DNA from: Podarcis liolepis
Lineage: Eukaryota
Reading direction: 5' to 3' (one strand)
Assembly: GCA_965112155.1 (NCBI GenBank)
Contig: OZ218103.1
Length of the DNA: 64,000 nucleotides
The notes beneath the pieces are model-generated. The model was given only the letters and a program-made list of their open reading frames with translations, did no database searches and was not told where the DNA came from. A program made the translations under genes and the position numbers. Below, one piece after another: positions 1 to 14,203 of this stretch (positions within the stretch are counted from its first letter, which is position 1; the number at the start of each line of letters is the position of its first letter).

Positions 1-794
1 AAACTGGAATACATGCAGAAAATCTAAGTTGGCTTTTTATTAGTATTATTATTTTCAAGGGTTTCATATTTAGATATTGATGTTATAGTTCCAGATGTTC
101 CTAATATACTTTGGAAAATTCTCACCTATTTCAGTGCTTGGGAATAGCATCTAATCTCAATTATTTTGGCTATTTAGTAGATAAATCTGTCTCTGAAAAT
201 AAAACAATGTTTTCAGAATCAGCATGACTGGGGCAATGGCTTGCCACCTCCATTATTCTAGGTTCTGCTCCACAAAGGCTCTTCATGAATTTCAGCACAA
301 AAAATATTCATTATTCATATTGATTCGTTTTTCCCTTTAAACATCTAAATTTTAACAAAATATCATGACACATAATGATCAACATTTCTATTGCAAACAT
401 ACTGATTTATACAAGCTCGTGTCAACAGACATCCAAATTTACTATAATTACAGTTTATTTACACTAAAACAAAATATGAGCTTGATATGTAAATGTAATG
501 TTTGTTGTAGCTAATGCAGCAGGAGATGGCAGATTAGTCTCAAACATCAATCAGTCAGAAAATCTGGCTAGTATGATAAATGAGAAGGGTTTCTGCTTGT
601 TTACATTTTTAACTTTGAGATTTTCTAAACTGTCTCATAAAAAGCCTGAAATAAAAAACTTTAAAGTGTACAGTCACTAAAACGTGTGCAGCTCAAGCTT
701 ATACATATCTACTCCAAAGTAAGTACCACTGATTTCAATGTCAAATTGCCATGATGACTTTCTCAGAATAACTTTCCCCAAGATTATGTAGTTT

Positions 795-1055
795 AGGGCT
801 GCCATACATCCAGGATTTCCCAGATATATCCAGGATTCGTCCATCGGAAATAGTGTCTGGGTGGAATTTCCAAAAATCGGTAAAAATGTCAGGTGTATGG
901 CAACCTATGTCAGAAGTGTTGATTTTTTGGGTGAATTTCCTTAAAAATAGCTCAAAAACTTCATTTTGCAAAAAATAAGAAAGCTCAACAACTTTGCCAA
1001 AAATAGCTCAATAATTTTGTGTCCGGATTTTCACTTTTTGAAATATGGCAACTCT
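795..1055. mobile_element. hAT (Blackjack/Tip100-like) MITE with TAGGGTTGCCA-type termini; second copy at 19737-19910
   Basis: tagggctgccata...tatggcaactcta inverted ends with an internal tatggcaacc repeat; colinear with 19737-19910. Confidence 0.7.
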
Positions 1056-1199
1056 AGTAGTAGGTACTGACCACCCTCCTCAAAATTTAAGGTGGCAATT
1101 CATATCCCCAGCTAAGGGGGGATATCAGCTTGGGGGGAAATGTTGGAAGGTTTGAGCAAATGGAAAGGTTGTTCAGTGCCCAGCAAAAGACATAAAATT

Positions 1200-1575
1200 T
1201 AGCACCAGACAGTCCTGCACAACTGTGAAGTCCCCTCTCCAATGACCACCTATCTAACTCTATAAACAGGGAGTGAGGGCTCAAAGGAGGACCTCTGAAG
1301 AGGTTCACAGCATTCAGCCAAGCTCATGAGGATGAAGGCGGTCCTTATCTACCCAACTTCCAAGGCACTTAAGGCTTTTAAAAAAGGTAAGCACAAGCAC
1401 TGTGAACAGTGCCTGAAAACAGATCAGTAGCCAGCATAGCAGCTAACGAATGACAGGATTGTGTTCCCTTCCAGCGATCCCACTTAGCAGTCTAGCAGCT
1501 CTCTTTTGAAGTAACTGGAATTTCCAAAGAGGCTTCAAAGACAGCTCCACATACAACATCTTGAAGTAGTTCATG
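1200..1575 (-). mobile_element. Degenerate L2 3' fragment
   Basis: Similar to 44900-45150 (gcagctct...ttccaaa...ttcaaagacagctccacata). Confidence 0.55.
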
Positions 1576-2006
1576 GATAGCCAATGTTGTTAAACTACAA
1601 TACTCATCAGCCCTGTCCACTGAACATGCTGTCTGGGGCCAAGGGGAGTTGGACCCCAACAACATATGGAGGACACCATGCTGTTCTCCAATCCCGATTG
1701 AATCCTAATCCTGTCTTCTTCAGCTATCCATTGTATGCAAAGATCTTTCACCTGTATATAGAAGGGAAAGGACTGACACCATTCCTAAGATGGTGGTCTG
1801 TTTCTATTTAACTGCACTCTTGTGTGTGCAGACACTCGCACATTAGTAGCTGTGTTACAGGTCAGTACTTAAAAATAAATTCTCATACGTTGTGATCAGC
1901 ACTCACATTTTATTTTGTGGTTCCAACTGCTAATAACTGAAGTGTTCAATTGAAAATACAACTGGCTTGTAATCTACATGCTGTTCAGGTTATTCACACC
2001 CATAAG

Positions 2007-2197
2007 CACAGAAGCCTACTTCTAGGGGATGAGGTCCCTCCGCCTCCCCCCCCATAAAATATTTAAGGGGGCTGCCCCCTCCCAAGTTTAGGGGCATTGC
2101 AATTCAAATGGTGTATGTGTGCCATGTCTTGGGTTCAGTTTTGCAGGGTGGGACTTATCTTCCCCCTCCAAATAATTCATTCAACTTTGCACCCTTG
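2007..2197. mobile_element. hAT MITE (related inverted copy at 49655-49820)
   Basis: Perfect 8-bp TSD CCCATAAG (1999-2006 and 2198-2205); shares gaggtccc / ttcaaatggtgt / gggtgggactta motifs with the reverse complement of 49655-49820. Confidence 0.75.
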
Positions 2198-2451
2198 CCC
2201 ATAAGTTATCTACCTTGGGAAAATGATAGATATGGCTTGAAGGAACCATAAAATAATCTTGGATGATCTCCCACTCTACATGATGATTCCTGTTCATATT
2301 ATATCCATTCTACACATCAAGAACACCCACCCACCAATTTTAATTACCCGGATTAGAGTGTGTCAAGAACAAGAATTTAAAACTCTATTAACAATTATCT
2401 TTGAAGAAATTGGACAGAAAAAATATCTCCCTTCTAGTATTTATTACCTTA

Positions 2452-2801
2452 AAGGTAAAGGGACCCCTGACCGTTAGGTCCAGTCACAGACGACTCTGGG
2501 GTTGTGGCACTCATCTCACTTTATTGGCTGTGGGAGCCAGCGTACAACTTCCAGGTGATGTGGCCAGCATGCCTAAGCTGCTTCTGACGAACCAGAGCAG
2601 CACACGGAAATGCCGTTTACCTTCCCGCCAGAGCGGTACCTATTTATCTATTTGCGCTTTGACGTGCTTCCGAACTGCTAGGTTGGCAGGAGCAGGGACC
2701 GAGCAAAGGGAGCTCACCCCATCGCAGGGATTCGAACTGCCGACCTTCTGGTTGGCAAGCCCTAGGCTCTGTGGTTTAGACCACAGCGCCACCTGTGTCC
2801 C
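2452..2801 (-). mobile_element. Full-length Sauria SINE (Squam1/POM-type)
   Basis: tRNA-like head GGGACACAGGTGGCGCTGTGGTCTAAACC with B box GTTCGAATCCC on the minus strand; (ACCTTT)-type tail; near-perfect TSD atttattacctta (2439-2451) / atttgttacctta (2806-2818). Confidence 0.92.
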
Positions 2802-2994
2802 ATTCATTTGTTACCTTACCTTTACATAAATGTTTACTATGGGGAGAAGTGAGCACAAAGTCCAGTATTAATATTATTTTAAAACAAAAGGCAACGGAAG
2901 TCTAATTCTGACTTGGCAACATTGTTAATGCAAACCCCTCACATGCTGTGCTATTTTACTATGCTCAAACGTATTTTAAAAAATTGTATCTTAC

Positions 2995-3086
2995 CCAGGC
3001 ATACTTGATGAGGAAGGTGGTGGCAAATCAGGCGTTAGAACATAGAGGCTGTTGTTTTTTGGCAAGTGTAGAGTTTTTAGAACAGT
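2995..3086 (-). CDS. FAF1: FAF1 coding exon 6 (TVLKTLHLPKNNSLYVLTPDLPPPSSSSMP-G)
   Basis: Not in the ORF track; read manually. 92 nt, acceptor ttccctatag|ACT, donor GG|gtaaga; phase 0/2. Exon 7 was not found in 1-2994, so the gene continues beyond the window. Confidence 0.96.
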
Positions 3087-3357
3087 CTATAGGGAAAAAA
3101 TGTTGGAAATTAGAAACATTTTGCATCAGGTACATTCACCTCAAAGCAAGGGCCATTTTGGTTTATCTATAAATGAATCATTAGCGTTCATGTCTGTGTT
3201 TTTCTAAAAAAATGACAAGTGTACCCCCAGGAGCTCAAGGCGGTGTACACGATTCTCCCAATTCCTATTTTTTCTTCACAGCAACTATATGAAGTAGGCT
3301 AACCTGAGTGTAGCAGAAAGCCCAGCATTTGATTCTGGGACAAATATAGGAACTTAC

Positions 3358-3449
3358 ACTGTCATCTACGTCTCCAGTTTTCCAGCCTTTTAGCAACATT
3401 TTTGATGAAGGAATCTGAAGCTCATTTTCTAAAATGTGTTTGATCTCTC
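3358..3449 (-). CDS. FAF1: FAF1 coding exon 5 (EIKHILENELQIPSSKMLLKGWKTGDVDDS)
   Basis: 92 nt inside ORF 3265..3492; acceptor ttttgcag|GA, donor AGT|gtaagt; phase 1/0. Confidence 0.97.
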
Positions 3450-6400
3450 CTGCAAAACAAAAGTATTGTCCATATTTATGTTTTTTCAGCATTCATCTTT
3501 AGTAAACATTGGCAAAAAGAAAAGTTACTAGGCCTGAGAAGCCCAAACATTCCATACTGTTACTGTAGTTTCAACATTACCGAAGAATTTAATAAGACAC
3601 AAATCTAGAGATAACATTCTCTCTCTTTCTCTCAGCGTATATAATAGCATAAAACAAACAACAGAATGTTAAAATACTATTTAGGATAAATTCTAAATCA
3701 TCAAAGCAATAATAACTATCAAAACATTAAAATATGCCAAAAACAAATACTATCATTTTATGTCACAAATATTTATTGGCTTTAAAATTATTTGTTTTTC
3801 CAATGTCAGAAAAGATAGATACAGTAACCCCAAATGGTATACAATGAACGACAACGAAGTGCATAATTTTTGTTGTACAGGATATATAGTTCACATGCAA
3901 CCCTTCAACTCCTATTGATTTTTAATATGTCAGTCAGTACTTTTGCTTGTAAGTACTGCTTAAGTATATGTTTAAAGTTCACAAAGATTAAGATCAAAAT
4001 ACTATCACTCATTTACCATCTTACAAAGCAGACGTGAGGAACCTGAGGTTCAGGGGCCAAATACAACCCTTCTATCTGGCCCTCAGACCTCTCCCTAGAC
4101 CATGCACCGCCTTCCTGGGCCAAACACCTCTTCCTGACACCATACCAGACACTGGCCACTCTCCATGCCATCCTCAAGATCTTTTGCCTGGCTGGAATCT
4201 GCACTTGCAACTGTGAAAAATGCCCCTTGCTGGTCTGGATAGGAGAGTGAGGAGCTGGAGAGATGTATGTATAAGTGTAGAGAAACCTTTGGTTTTTGCA
4301 AGGTTGGAACATAGCAACACAGCTCCTCCCACCACTTTCAAGTGGTCCCCAGGAGGAAATGTGGTTCTCATAAAGAAAAGGTTCCCCATCCCTATTATAG
4401 GGGAAATAATAGGCTGTTTTACAAGGGACTGAACTAAAGGTCTATTTAGCCAAGTTCTGTCCACACAGACAGGCAACAACAAGGTGCCTGTTAATGGCTT
4501 TTCCCAGGTCACCTGCTTCAAACCTTTACAACTCAGGTGCCAGGACTGAACTCTACAGCTATGAAAAAGTCTTTCTCTACATCACTAACCGTTGGCCCCT
4601 TCCAATGTCACTGCAGAAACAGTTTCCCATTGCCTATTATTGCCATCAGTGGGGCCAAAATCTTTCCGCAATTGAGAAATCTTATCTATCTCTGTGAACA
4701 GCACTGCGGATTTCAAATGTACAGATGTTTGGAAGATACCAAGATAGAAAAACAACCATCTCCTTAACAGTCTTTGTATTATTTTTCCGATTCCGATTTG
4801 TGGTTCCCCCATGCCCTCCTTGAAAACGCCCTACAAGCAAGCAATTGCCTCACCATACAGAATTACATTAAGCATTGTCCAAAAGAGCGGTCATTTCACA
4901 ATAATATGTGGAAAAATTATTAGTCTCGTGGCATTAGGTAGATGTCATACAAGTCAGACTGTAATGAAAATTACATCTTTATTCATTGGTGGTGTAGCAT
5001 AACTCCATCTAGCGGACATTTTGTGCAACAGCTGCTAAACATGGGTGAACAATTTTAAATACTAGTTCAAAATACTACAACTGTGACATGTACATAGTTG
5101 TAAACATGTGCATCATCAAGCCACACTCATTGGGGACCTGAGAGGCCTGCTGGAGGGTGCACTTGATGGCAAATCTAGGTTTGAGTACACGTAATGGGAA
5201 AATGGGCCTTGAGCACAACGCAGATGGAGGGGTCCAGAACACTGTGTTATAATAACAAAGATTAGCTAAAAAAGGGATTCTACAGTGGCATTTAAGAGGT
5301 GCAAATGAAGTGTCTGGTTTTTTCACATATCTCATAAGTATGTTCATGTAATATTGCAATGAAGCAAGAGGAAGACTGGTCGTTCTTTAATCCAAAAGCC
5401 AAAGGAAAGGTTTCCTATTGTCTATTCAATGTGTTCTCCATATCGGAAGCACCTTCAAGGTTCTTCCCGCCCCCCCCCTCCAGGTTACGGGTATTGTTAT
5501 TTTGCATTTTTTAAAAAAGAAAGGAGAATGTAACCATGGTGACTTTACACTGCAGGAGGAAGGGAAATAAATTATCCAGATAAAGTAAAAGGTAAATTTG
5601 TGTGTTTGTGATTCAGTAACACTACCCACATCCTCCTGTGAAGTTCAGCTACTGAACCAAATAGCACCATCTGGAATAATATTCTAATGATACACTGGAT
5701 TAATATACTATCTTAATTACTAGTTGGGCAATATACCAAAACAAAGCAGTGGCCTGGTTTGGATAGTATCCACCTTTACTTTCTCCCTATCTACAACCGG
5801 TGGAGGGAGGGAGGCAGGCAAGATTATGCCTTGTCTGATCTGCCCACTGAGCATACCTCCTCCACTTATGGCACTCCTCGGCAACCCCCACAATAACTGT
5901 AATGTTTAAAATAAGATGCACATGACTAAAAGCCAGCACACACAGGCTGAAATCACCAAGTCATCCTCCCCACCAAATCAATCAATCAATGTAATGTACA
6001 ATTTGGGTCTCTTAGCAGCCCTGAAAAAGCCTCTCCTGAAGATCAGAAGATTCCACTCAGGGGGAGAACTGTGGTATGGGGGCCAAAGATCCTAAAGGGA
6101 TCCCCAAAAACCAAGTACAGAAGGTGAATTCATGTGATTTTCAGTGATTCCCCATTCCCTCTCCATCACAGGCTAGGCTAGACCACCCTAACCCACTGAG
6201 TAGGAACCCCAACCTTTAGAAAAGCCTTTTCGGGGGCTCAATGGCGAGAAGAGGGATGTAAAGTCACCTTCCAATCACCCTTCCTGTGAGTGTTTCTCTG
6301 GATCAAACCCTTTGTTTTAAGATGTGTTGCAGCAACCACCCTATGTGAGGAGGCTTCCCCTTTTCACACACAAGCATGAATGCCTCTTAAGGCAGATCTT

Positions 6401-7828
6401 GCCGCCTCCCCTCTTTTTCAGATTAAAGCCTTGTATTGAAGACCCTTACAAAAATTCAAAAGCCTGCTGCCTCATTAATCAGGGGCACCTTTTTAACCTT
6501 ATCAAAGTGTTAGGACTGACTAAATGTTGTTGCTCTAGGCACCATCCTAATGAGAGTTGTGCATATTGAATATTGTTCTCTCATCTGCAAAAAGAAGTTG
6601 AAGGATAGTGAGCCAGCAGAAATTATGAAATCATGTCCCCCACAAAAAAAAGTTCAAACAACTAAATGAGGTGGAGAATTGAGCATAATAAGGGGGGTGG
6701 GACTGGGAGGGGGAAATAGAGACTGACCAAACAAGTACATGCTCAGCCAATAATTAGAACATGCCACTAGATGTCACTCTTCGATCATATATTACAATTA
6801 AAGTTTTAAGATGCTTCACCTTAGCTGATGTGGAGCAAATACTAGAAGCAATACACAGATGGTTTTGAAATACACTAAGCACCAAAAGGAAATCATGTTC
6901 TGGCCTCTGCTACAGGTCAGGGGACCAAGGGGCACTGGTAGGCTCCACCCCCTGCATCCCAGAAAGAGCAGGCCAAGAAGACAAACCTGGCCTTGGCCAG
7001 TGGAGAAGCTGCTCCAATGCTGTCTTTCCTCTCCTACCCCATTCCTTTTTCCATTGTATTGCATCTGTAGGCAGAGACTAATTTGTCTTTTAATACATGT
7101 ACAGAAATTAGAAAATTATAGGTGTATTTATGCATTGAATAATAACAATCCAAATATGTTATCATAATCTGGATACATTTTTTAAAAGGAAATGTTTGCA
7201 TGCCACCTCAGTGATCAGAGGTCATTGAACGATGTTCTTAACAAACAAAACACGAAAACAATTGTATTCTCCTCCAAAATTATTTGGCCAAAGGGGTTAT
7301 ACAGACTATGGATGTCTCTAGTTATATTCTCAAGTCACAGAAATATTATTTAGTAAATCCCATATGTTTCCAGTTTATATAAAGTGACTTAAGAAGAGAG
7401 TAAATTCACTGAGAGTCAAACTGGTACTGCTTAGTTATCTTTGAGGCTTGTAGGAGTACCAAAGAGATAATGATAAATTTTAAGAAAGAAAGAAAAGAGT
7501 CCCAATGATGCTGCTCCAAGAAGGGAAGACTTTTAGAAACTTCTTTCGAGTCTTAGACGCTACTCTCCCTGGAGATTATCACATTTCTGGGCCCCCATCA
7601 CTGTTGTGCAGCAAGAAAATTTATGTCCTGTTTGTCATGTTGATTTGTTCACTCAAAGAACTGCCCCCCTTCCCCCTACTCAAACAGGTAGAGCATCACT
7701 GGCTTTAAAAGTGGTGCTTTCAAACATCCTCTCTCCCCACAAGCCTCTCAAAGAAATGAACTTGCACTGTAGTTTAGGCACACATCCATTTTAATTTTGT
7801 CAGTCCCTTCTTGCAACAGCTTTCTTAC

Positions 7829-8037
7829 CAACAGTTGAACTGTCTTCAAGTACTACATCCACATTTCGGTCTCTGTACTCAACCCTGAAGTCAAGCATTC
7901 GTGGTTGTCTTTCCACTATCTGTCTGGATGGCACTACATGGCGAAACGCAGAAGATGAAGAAGGTGTTGACGATGAGGAGGAAGGATGGCTAGCGGGACC
8001 ATAGGCTGGCCCTTGTGAAGTCTCTCCACTATATTCA
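7829..8037 (-). CDS. FAF1: FAF1 coding exon 4 (EYSGETSQGPAYGPASHPSSSSSTPSSSSAFRHVVPSRQIVERQPRMLDFRVEYRDRNVDVVLEDSSTV-G; start of UBL1)
   Basis: 209 nt inside ORF 7800..8057; acceptor ccctcccag|T, donor TTG|gtaaga; phase 2/1 matches the neighbouring exons. Confidence 0.97.
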
Positions 8038-10900
8038 CTGGGGAGGGAAACACACATACGTAGGCTTTTAAGAAAACACAGGCAGTTAGTTTGTTAGAAC
8101 AACTTTTTTGGGTTCTCTGAACATATCTTGGGATTGAAACCAGGAATGGCGCAGAAGCTAGAGTTCAAGTAGCAGGCATGTTGCTCTTGTTCAAGACTGA
8201 TTCTAGGAGTTATTAGCCACAAACCGGCATGCTTGAAATGAATTCCTCCAGCATCCTGAAATAGTTCATCAAGTTGTCAGGATTTGGACTACCTTTTCTA
8301 CTCTGGATGCCTTTAGATGTAATACATTTTTTAAGGTACCATTCCAGCTATAAAAGGGATGAAAAACCACCTTTACAACCAGCACTCACTTGGTTGGCCC
8401 TACTTTTTACAGTCATCTTTAAAATATTAAAGCTAAATGCTTATGACATACTATATTTGCCAGACTTCTTCACTACAATTGGTGACTGAGCAATTCCTCC
8501 TGCCCAAGACTTCCCATGAGTGATTCAGCAAACTCACTCTAAAGATAAAGGGTGAAACCTACTACAAAAACTAACACATGTAAAGATAAGGCAGGATTTC
8601 TGGCTTATTGTGGTTTGACATGGATAAGCAGCATATGGGTGCAACACTCCCACTTTGCTATTCTCTTGTGTGTGAGTAACATATGCAAATGAACCTGCTT
8701 TCCCATTATGTCTGAACCAGATATCATGGTTGGTTACTCCCTAATAAGCCACAATCACTACCCAATCTTAAACGATGGTTTGTCAATAGCTAATAGATCA
8801 TGGTTTGTTAGACAGCAAAAAAACTAGGCTCTCTAGTTCAGACATGACGAGAAGCCAAAGCTTCCTGTTTTTTTCACCCCACTCATGCCAGGGTAAGAAT
8901 GAAAAGGCAGCGTGTAGGCACCATGCACCAGCGCGACCATTCATGTTAAGCCATAAGTCAGAAACCCTGGCTTACTGATACATGCAAACACAGACAATGG
9001 TTCTTTTGATGTGCTGTCCCAGACCTTGCAGCTTCACCTGGGCATGACTTGCAGGGTTTTACTACTACACATTTAAAATATTCTGCATCTCCTCATAGAT
9101 TAATTACAAATGCAGTTGAAGGATACTAGGTACTGTGCATTAATAAAAATGCATAGGTCTCTTTTAGCAGGTTTAACATCTAGAGTGAACTCTGTATAAT
9201 CACTCACAGTATCTTATGCTAAAGAATACCAGGAGACTGCAGCCAATACGGAACACGACAACCCATTTTGCAAGGGTCACCAGAAGCATATTAGACCAGT
9301 GCTCTGGGGACTGCATTGGCTCCCTGTCCCCCCCCCCCAAAGCACAAATCAGTTCTGGAAAGCCCTAGATGACTTAGGCCTGCCATATATTTGCTATGTC
9401 CTATTATGATCCCTATGTGTTTGAAAGCAGTCTTTGATTCAACTCTTGCTGAAAAGAAGACAATAGTATGGGCATATACATTTCTCCCCAGCTTTGGAAC
9501 CCCCTTCCCTTGAAAGCATGTATAAATATATAAAAACAACTACTGAACAGATCGATATAAAGTGTTTTTATTTAGACAAGCATCTAATCAGGGATAGGCA
9601 GGGGGTTATATTAGTAGCTCTGCCAAAATACAGTGCTCTGTTACCTTTTCCTTCTATTCTTAGTTATAAAAAATACTGTGAGCATTGCCACAGAAGTGGG
9701 AGAGTGTTTTAAGTAGGCAACATTTCAGTGGAAATTCTAAGTAGTTAGTTATGATCAAGCCATGATGTCTAAATTAAGAAGCTTTATATTTATAAGCCGG
9801 CAGCTAAAAATTTGTCCCTTCTCATGTCTCTTCCTTTTTTTAAAAAAAGAAGGGAAGTTCATGCTGACCTTTTGTATACGGTTTCAAATGTCCCAAGGCT
9901 TCAGTGCAAAATAAAAGCATAAAACATTAACAAACTCAGATGTTGCCAGCTTGAACTGTGCTGTGAGTGGTTGCTTACACATCTGCACTGCTTCAGCCTT
10001 AGAACATTTATCATCTCAACGGTCCGGTAGGGTAATTCCTATCGTTCTGCATCCCAAATTGTATGTGTGTCGCGCAGGGTGGGTGGGTCAACAAACAAAT
10101 AGAGCACTATGATTCTCTCTTATACAGAGGCCTCTTTTCCTTCTCGCTCATCAGGGAGAACAAAGAGCAATTCTCAACTCTGAAGCCATGGGCCGTTTCA
10201 AAGCTAAGATGAACAATGGATGTGCTGTGTTTAGGTGTATACATTTCCATGCAAAACTGTATTGGCCCCAATTCAGAGATTTTGTGTGTGCTGAAGTGGG
10301 CTGCAGGAGCATTACTACATGCGAATATCTTCTCTGCTAAACAGATGGCCAGGGCTGTGAGGTTTCAGAGCTAAGTAGGAAAGGAGAAGGGATTAGCCCC
10401 ACTATCCTCCCCAAACCATACTGACCTATCTGTTTGGCGGGGTGCCGATATAGAAGCACAATGCAAGTAGCCCCATGTCTGGAAGAAGGGGATTGGTTTC
10501 CCTCCGTACAGCACCTTTTTACACACACAGTACCTAAAAGATTATTCAAATTCAGCTTTCCCCCTGGTTTACAGATTGCCCCTGCTGGATCAGAGCAAAA
10601 AAAATTCATAAGCTGAGCAATAAAAAGTTGCAGATTTTAAAGTTTTAGCAGTGAGATAGTCTCTGCTCACAGGCTTACAACATAAAAAGACAGGACACAA
10701 AAATAAAAGGTATTGGTAAGCAGCGGGGGGAAAGAAAAATTGGTCCACTATTTATTAAGCTCTTCCAACCTAGAAATTTTAACATTTGAAAGCTACAGCA
10801 AGATACAGGAACAACTGGTGCCAATAGCAGCTCACTAACAATAGAAATGATTTGTTCCATATGCTTAGAAGGACTAATAGTGAGAAAGTTTGCCACCTAC

Positions 10901-10947
10901 CTTTGTAAAATCCCATTTTCCTGTGGTATAACACCATTTATAGCTGC
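10901..10947 (-). CDS. FAF1: FAF1 coding exon 3 (AAINGVIPQENGILQ-S)
   Basis: 47 nt, acceptor ttttctgcag|GCA, donor AAG|gtaggt, phase 0/2. Confidence 0.97.
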
Positions 10948-13900
10948 CTGCAGAAAAAGAAAAGCATGAAGCATTTAGTATATCCACAAAATTAAATGAG
11001 AAAGCTTGTTTAAATAAAACTTAAATGTTCCAGCATTTGCTAACTGATCAATCTGCATCTTGAAGTGCAGAGGGAGGATGTGTGTGTCCTACCAAAAGTA
11101 TCATGGCAGGCTATGCTATCTATTTTAATATAACTAACAAGCAAGCTTACATTGTTCCAGTAAATCACCATTATTATTTAGAACATCTCAATGTTCTTCA
11201 GAGGATTATAAGAATTCACCATATATCTGTTATTCAATCTAAATAAGTGGATACCAAGCAAACAATGGTGGAGCAGAGTTGCTAACATTTACAGCAAATT
11301 ATTGTAACTTATAGACATATGGCAGCATTCACACAATGGTACTACCTCAGTAATTTGACCTTGTGTGTGTGTGTGGAATATTGAGCCTCAGGTGGATCAC
11401 AGCAGAGACATCACAATTTTCTTTGCTTGAGTTTCTTTTTAAAATGAAAGGGAGAGATCAAGAGAAAAGGACAGAGGCAGAGAAAGGTAACCAACAGCAT
11501 CAGCAGGTGAGGGAGGTAAATTAGGCAAAACTACAAGTGGCCAAAGTACAGCAAGATTTTCCTCCATTTATCTTTCAGAGCCAGCAGGCAGTGATGGAGC
11601 CACAGCCAGCACTATGCAAGCACAGATGTCTGGAACCTGCACTATCCTCTTAGCAACTGCCTGCTTACCCAGTGCTGAATGGTACAGGTGGGAAGGCATC
11701 TCCTCACTGTATCACCATGGTTGCTCTTGGTTACACCCAGCAAACCACCTCCCTACTTTGTGCTACCAACCAAATGCAAAGGAAGATGGATTCTCGCCTT
11801 CAATGGTTGTGTAGAAGAGGATATTTTGATAGGTGTGGCATTTTCACGCATGCAGAAGTTGCACCTGCAAAAGTTCCCTCAATTCTAGATAACTACTTAA
11901 AAAGTGCATCTAGCCATCCTAAAAGTTGTGGGGGTGGGGAACAGTCACAGACTGCAAAGAATTAAAATAACCCAATTTGCTTGTTTTCTACCTGAGCTAG
12001 TATGAGCTGGCTTCTTAGGTGGTTGCTCATCCAGCTACTGGTCTACCCTAGTTCTGCTTGGCTTCAAATAGATAGATAGACAGACAAAATGCATCTGAAA
12101 AAGTGATGGCTTTATACTATTTTGTACACTAGGTCTTCAAGCTCCAGCACCAAAACTCCATGAGCCCTTTTGGGGAGACCATCCAAACCATACAACACAC
12201 AGGATACTTCTCATCCTGCAGTGGCCCTTTCCTCCCTGTGTTGAATAGAGGCAAAGAAGCACACGGCTAGCATGGATAGAGAGGAACACAGTCCAGGTCA
12301 AAACGAAGCCCAATTAAAATCTCCCATGTTATGTGGTCTCTGTTCCTCGAAGGATACTCACGCTCCAATCTCTAATGCTGAAACTCAAAATAATAAATAA
12401 TAACAGTCCTTATGAGCGTTCAAAGCATGAAATTTACTTCATCTAAGTAATCCTGAAATAAAACTGCAGGAAGTAATTTTCCAGCTGTGCTCTAGGTTCA
12501 GTCCTTTAGTAAGAGGCCCCCAGATAATTCTGTCCAAAGTCACCATCCAATCAGAGTAAAAGTAGAGTCAGGATAGTACACTGAAAATCAGTTTAACAGA
12601 GCACTTAAGAGTGCTCAGACTCCAATTGGGAAGAACCAGCTACAAATCCCCACTTGCAGGGCAATCTTAACTATGTCTGGTCAGAAGTAAAGCCTACTGA
12701 TATACAGTGGTACCTCTAGTTATGTACATAAATGGGGCTTACTCCTGGGAACCTGAGGTTAGGATAACAGCCTTAGCCATGAAGCTTACTCCCCAACTCT
12801 CTTCCTAACCAACTTCAAAGTATTGTTGTTTGGATCAAACGAAGGTGGACAGGCAGGGAATGGTGAGAACTATAGCCTAAAACATCTAGAGGGCACCAAG
12901 ATGGGGAAGACTGACCAAGTGTGTTGATAAGTCTGCTGTGACAGACTATTAAGATTCTATTGGCAGGTACCATTATACTCCACCACAGATCTCTCATACA
13001 TGAGGATAATAATACTGGACTACCTGGTAGGAATTTTGTAAGAATTACTCAAACGCTCAGAAAAAGCACCATATAGAATCTAAATGTAATAAAAATGTTA
13101 TCTACTTTCCTTTATGTGAACTGCACATGATAGAAATGCATCTTACATTCTTAATAGGACACATACATGTCATTTTCTTCTTATTTTTCCATTCACACCT
13201 TGTAAGTACAAGTAGAGAGATCTAACACACTCTCCCTGGCCAACTGACCTTTTCCTAAAATATAAATTTAGTTCTGAGTTTAAGCAGTTCTTGCTAGGTT
13301 TAATATTAACTTCCAAAGGCTGGGTTTAATATTTAACTGCCAACAAATATGGTTTGTTTTTTAAAGAGATGTTTATGCAAAGTGCATGGAATGGCACTAA
13401 AATAATCACATACTTACTGCAATAGGTGGGGCACTCCTAACAGTAGCAGCCCAGATTCATAACACTAAGGTTTATTAAGTTCAGCTGTAAAAACACAAGA
13501 CTCTCTTTTTTTGTGCTTAGCCACTGAAGGTACATAGATTGATTCTCCACAGAACATAAAAATCATTTCAAATGGCTCCACGGGAAATTAAAATATTGGC
13601 TACTAACTCCTGTCATCTTTAGTCAGAGTTACCAGTGATACCTTCCAGTTCAGAAGAAACCCTAGTGGGCAAGGCTTTCAGATAACTAGTGGTAGCTAGA
13701 CTGTATCATATGCTTCCATGCTTCCTTATTCCCTACTCTCTCTGCCTAATAAATCACTATCTCTATTTTTGTCTGTGGAGGATGCAAGTTGCTTGAGTAC
13801 ATTCATCAGAATTTAGCTTCCTCAGAACATCCTATCAACTATTAAACCAGTTGAGGACAGGTCTAATGCAGAAATGAATGACTAAAGCATACAGAAAGCA

Positions 13901-13988
13901 GGGCAGAGCCTTCTGCAATGTGCCAAATTGCTGGGTTGGGGCAGTTCAAGCAGTGGTCTTTGGCTTGGTAATTGAGCCATGACAAGTA

Positions 13989-14203
13989 CAGTCGTACCTT
14001 GGATCTTGAACGCCTTGGCTCCAGAACAAATCGGCTCCTGAACGATCGAAACCTGGATGTGAGTGTTCCGGTTTTCAAATGTTCTTTTGGAAGCCGAACG
14101 TCTGACGGGGCTTCCGATCAGAAGCCGCACTTTGGTTTTTGAATGTTTTGGAAGTTGAACAGACTTCCGGAATGGGTTCCATTCGACTTCCAAGGTATGA
14201 CTG
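13989..14203. mobile_element. Tc1/mariner (Tigger/pogo-like) MITE
   Basis: TIRs CAGTCGTACCTTGGA / TCCAAGGTATGACTG flanked by TA on both sides. Confidence 0.9.

Noticed and set aside
1-2994. FAF1 exon 7
   Set aside because: I found no matching minus-strand peptide or splice-bounded segment; it is presumably left of the window.
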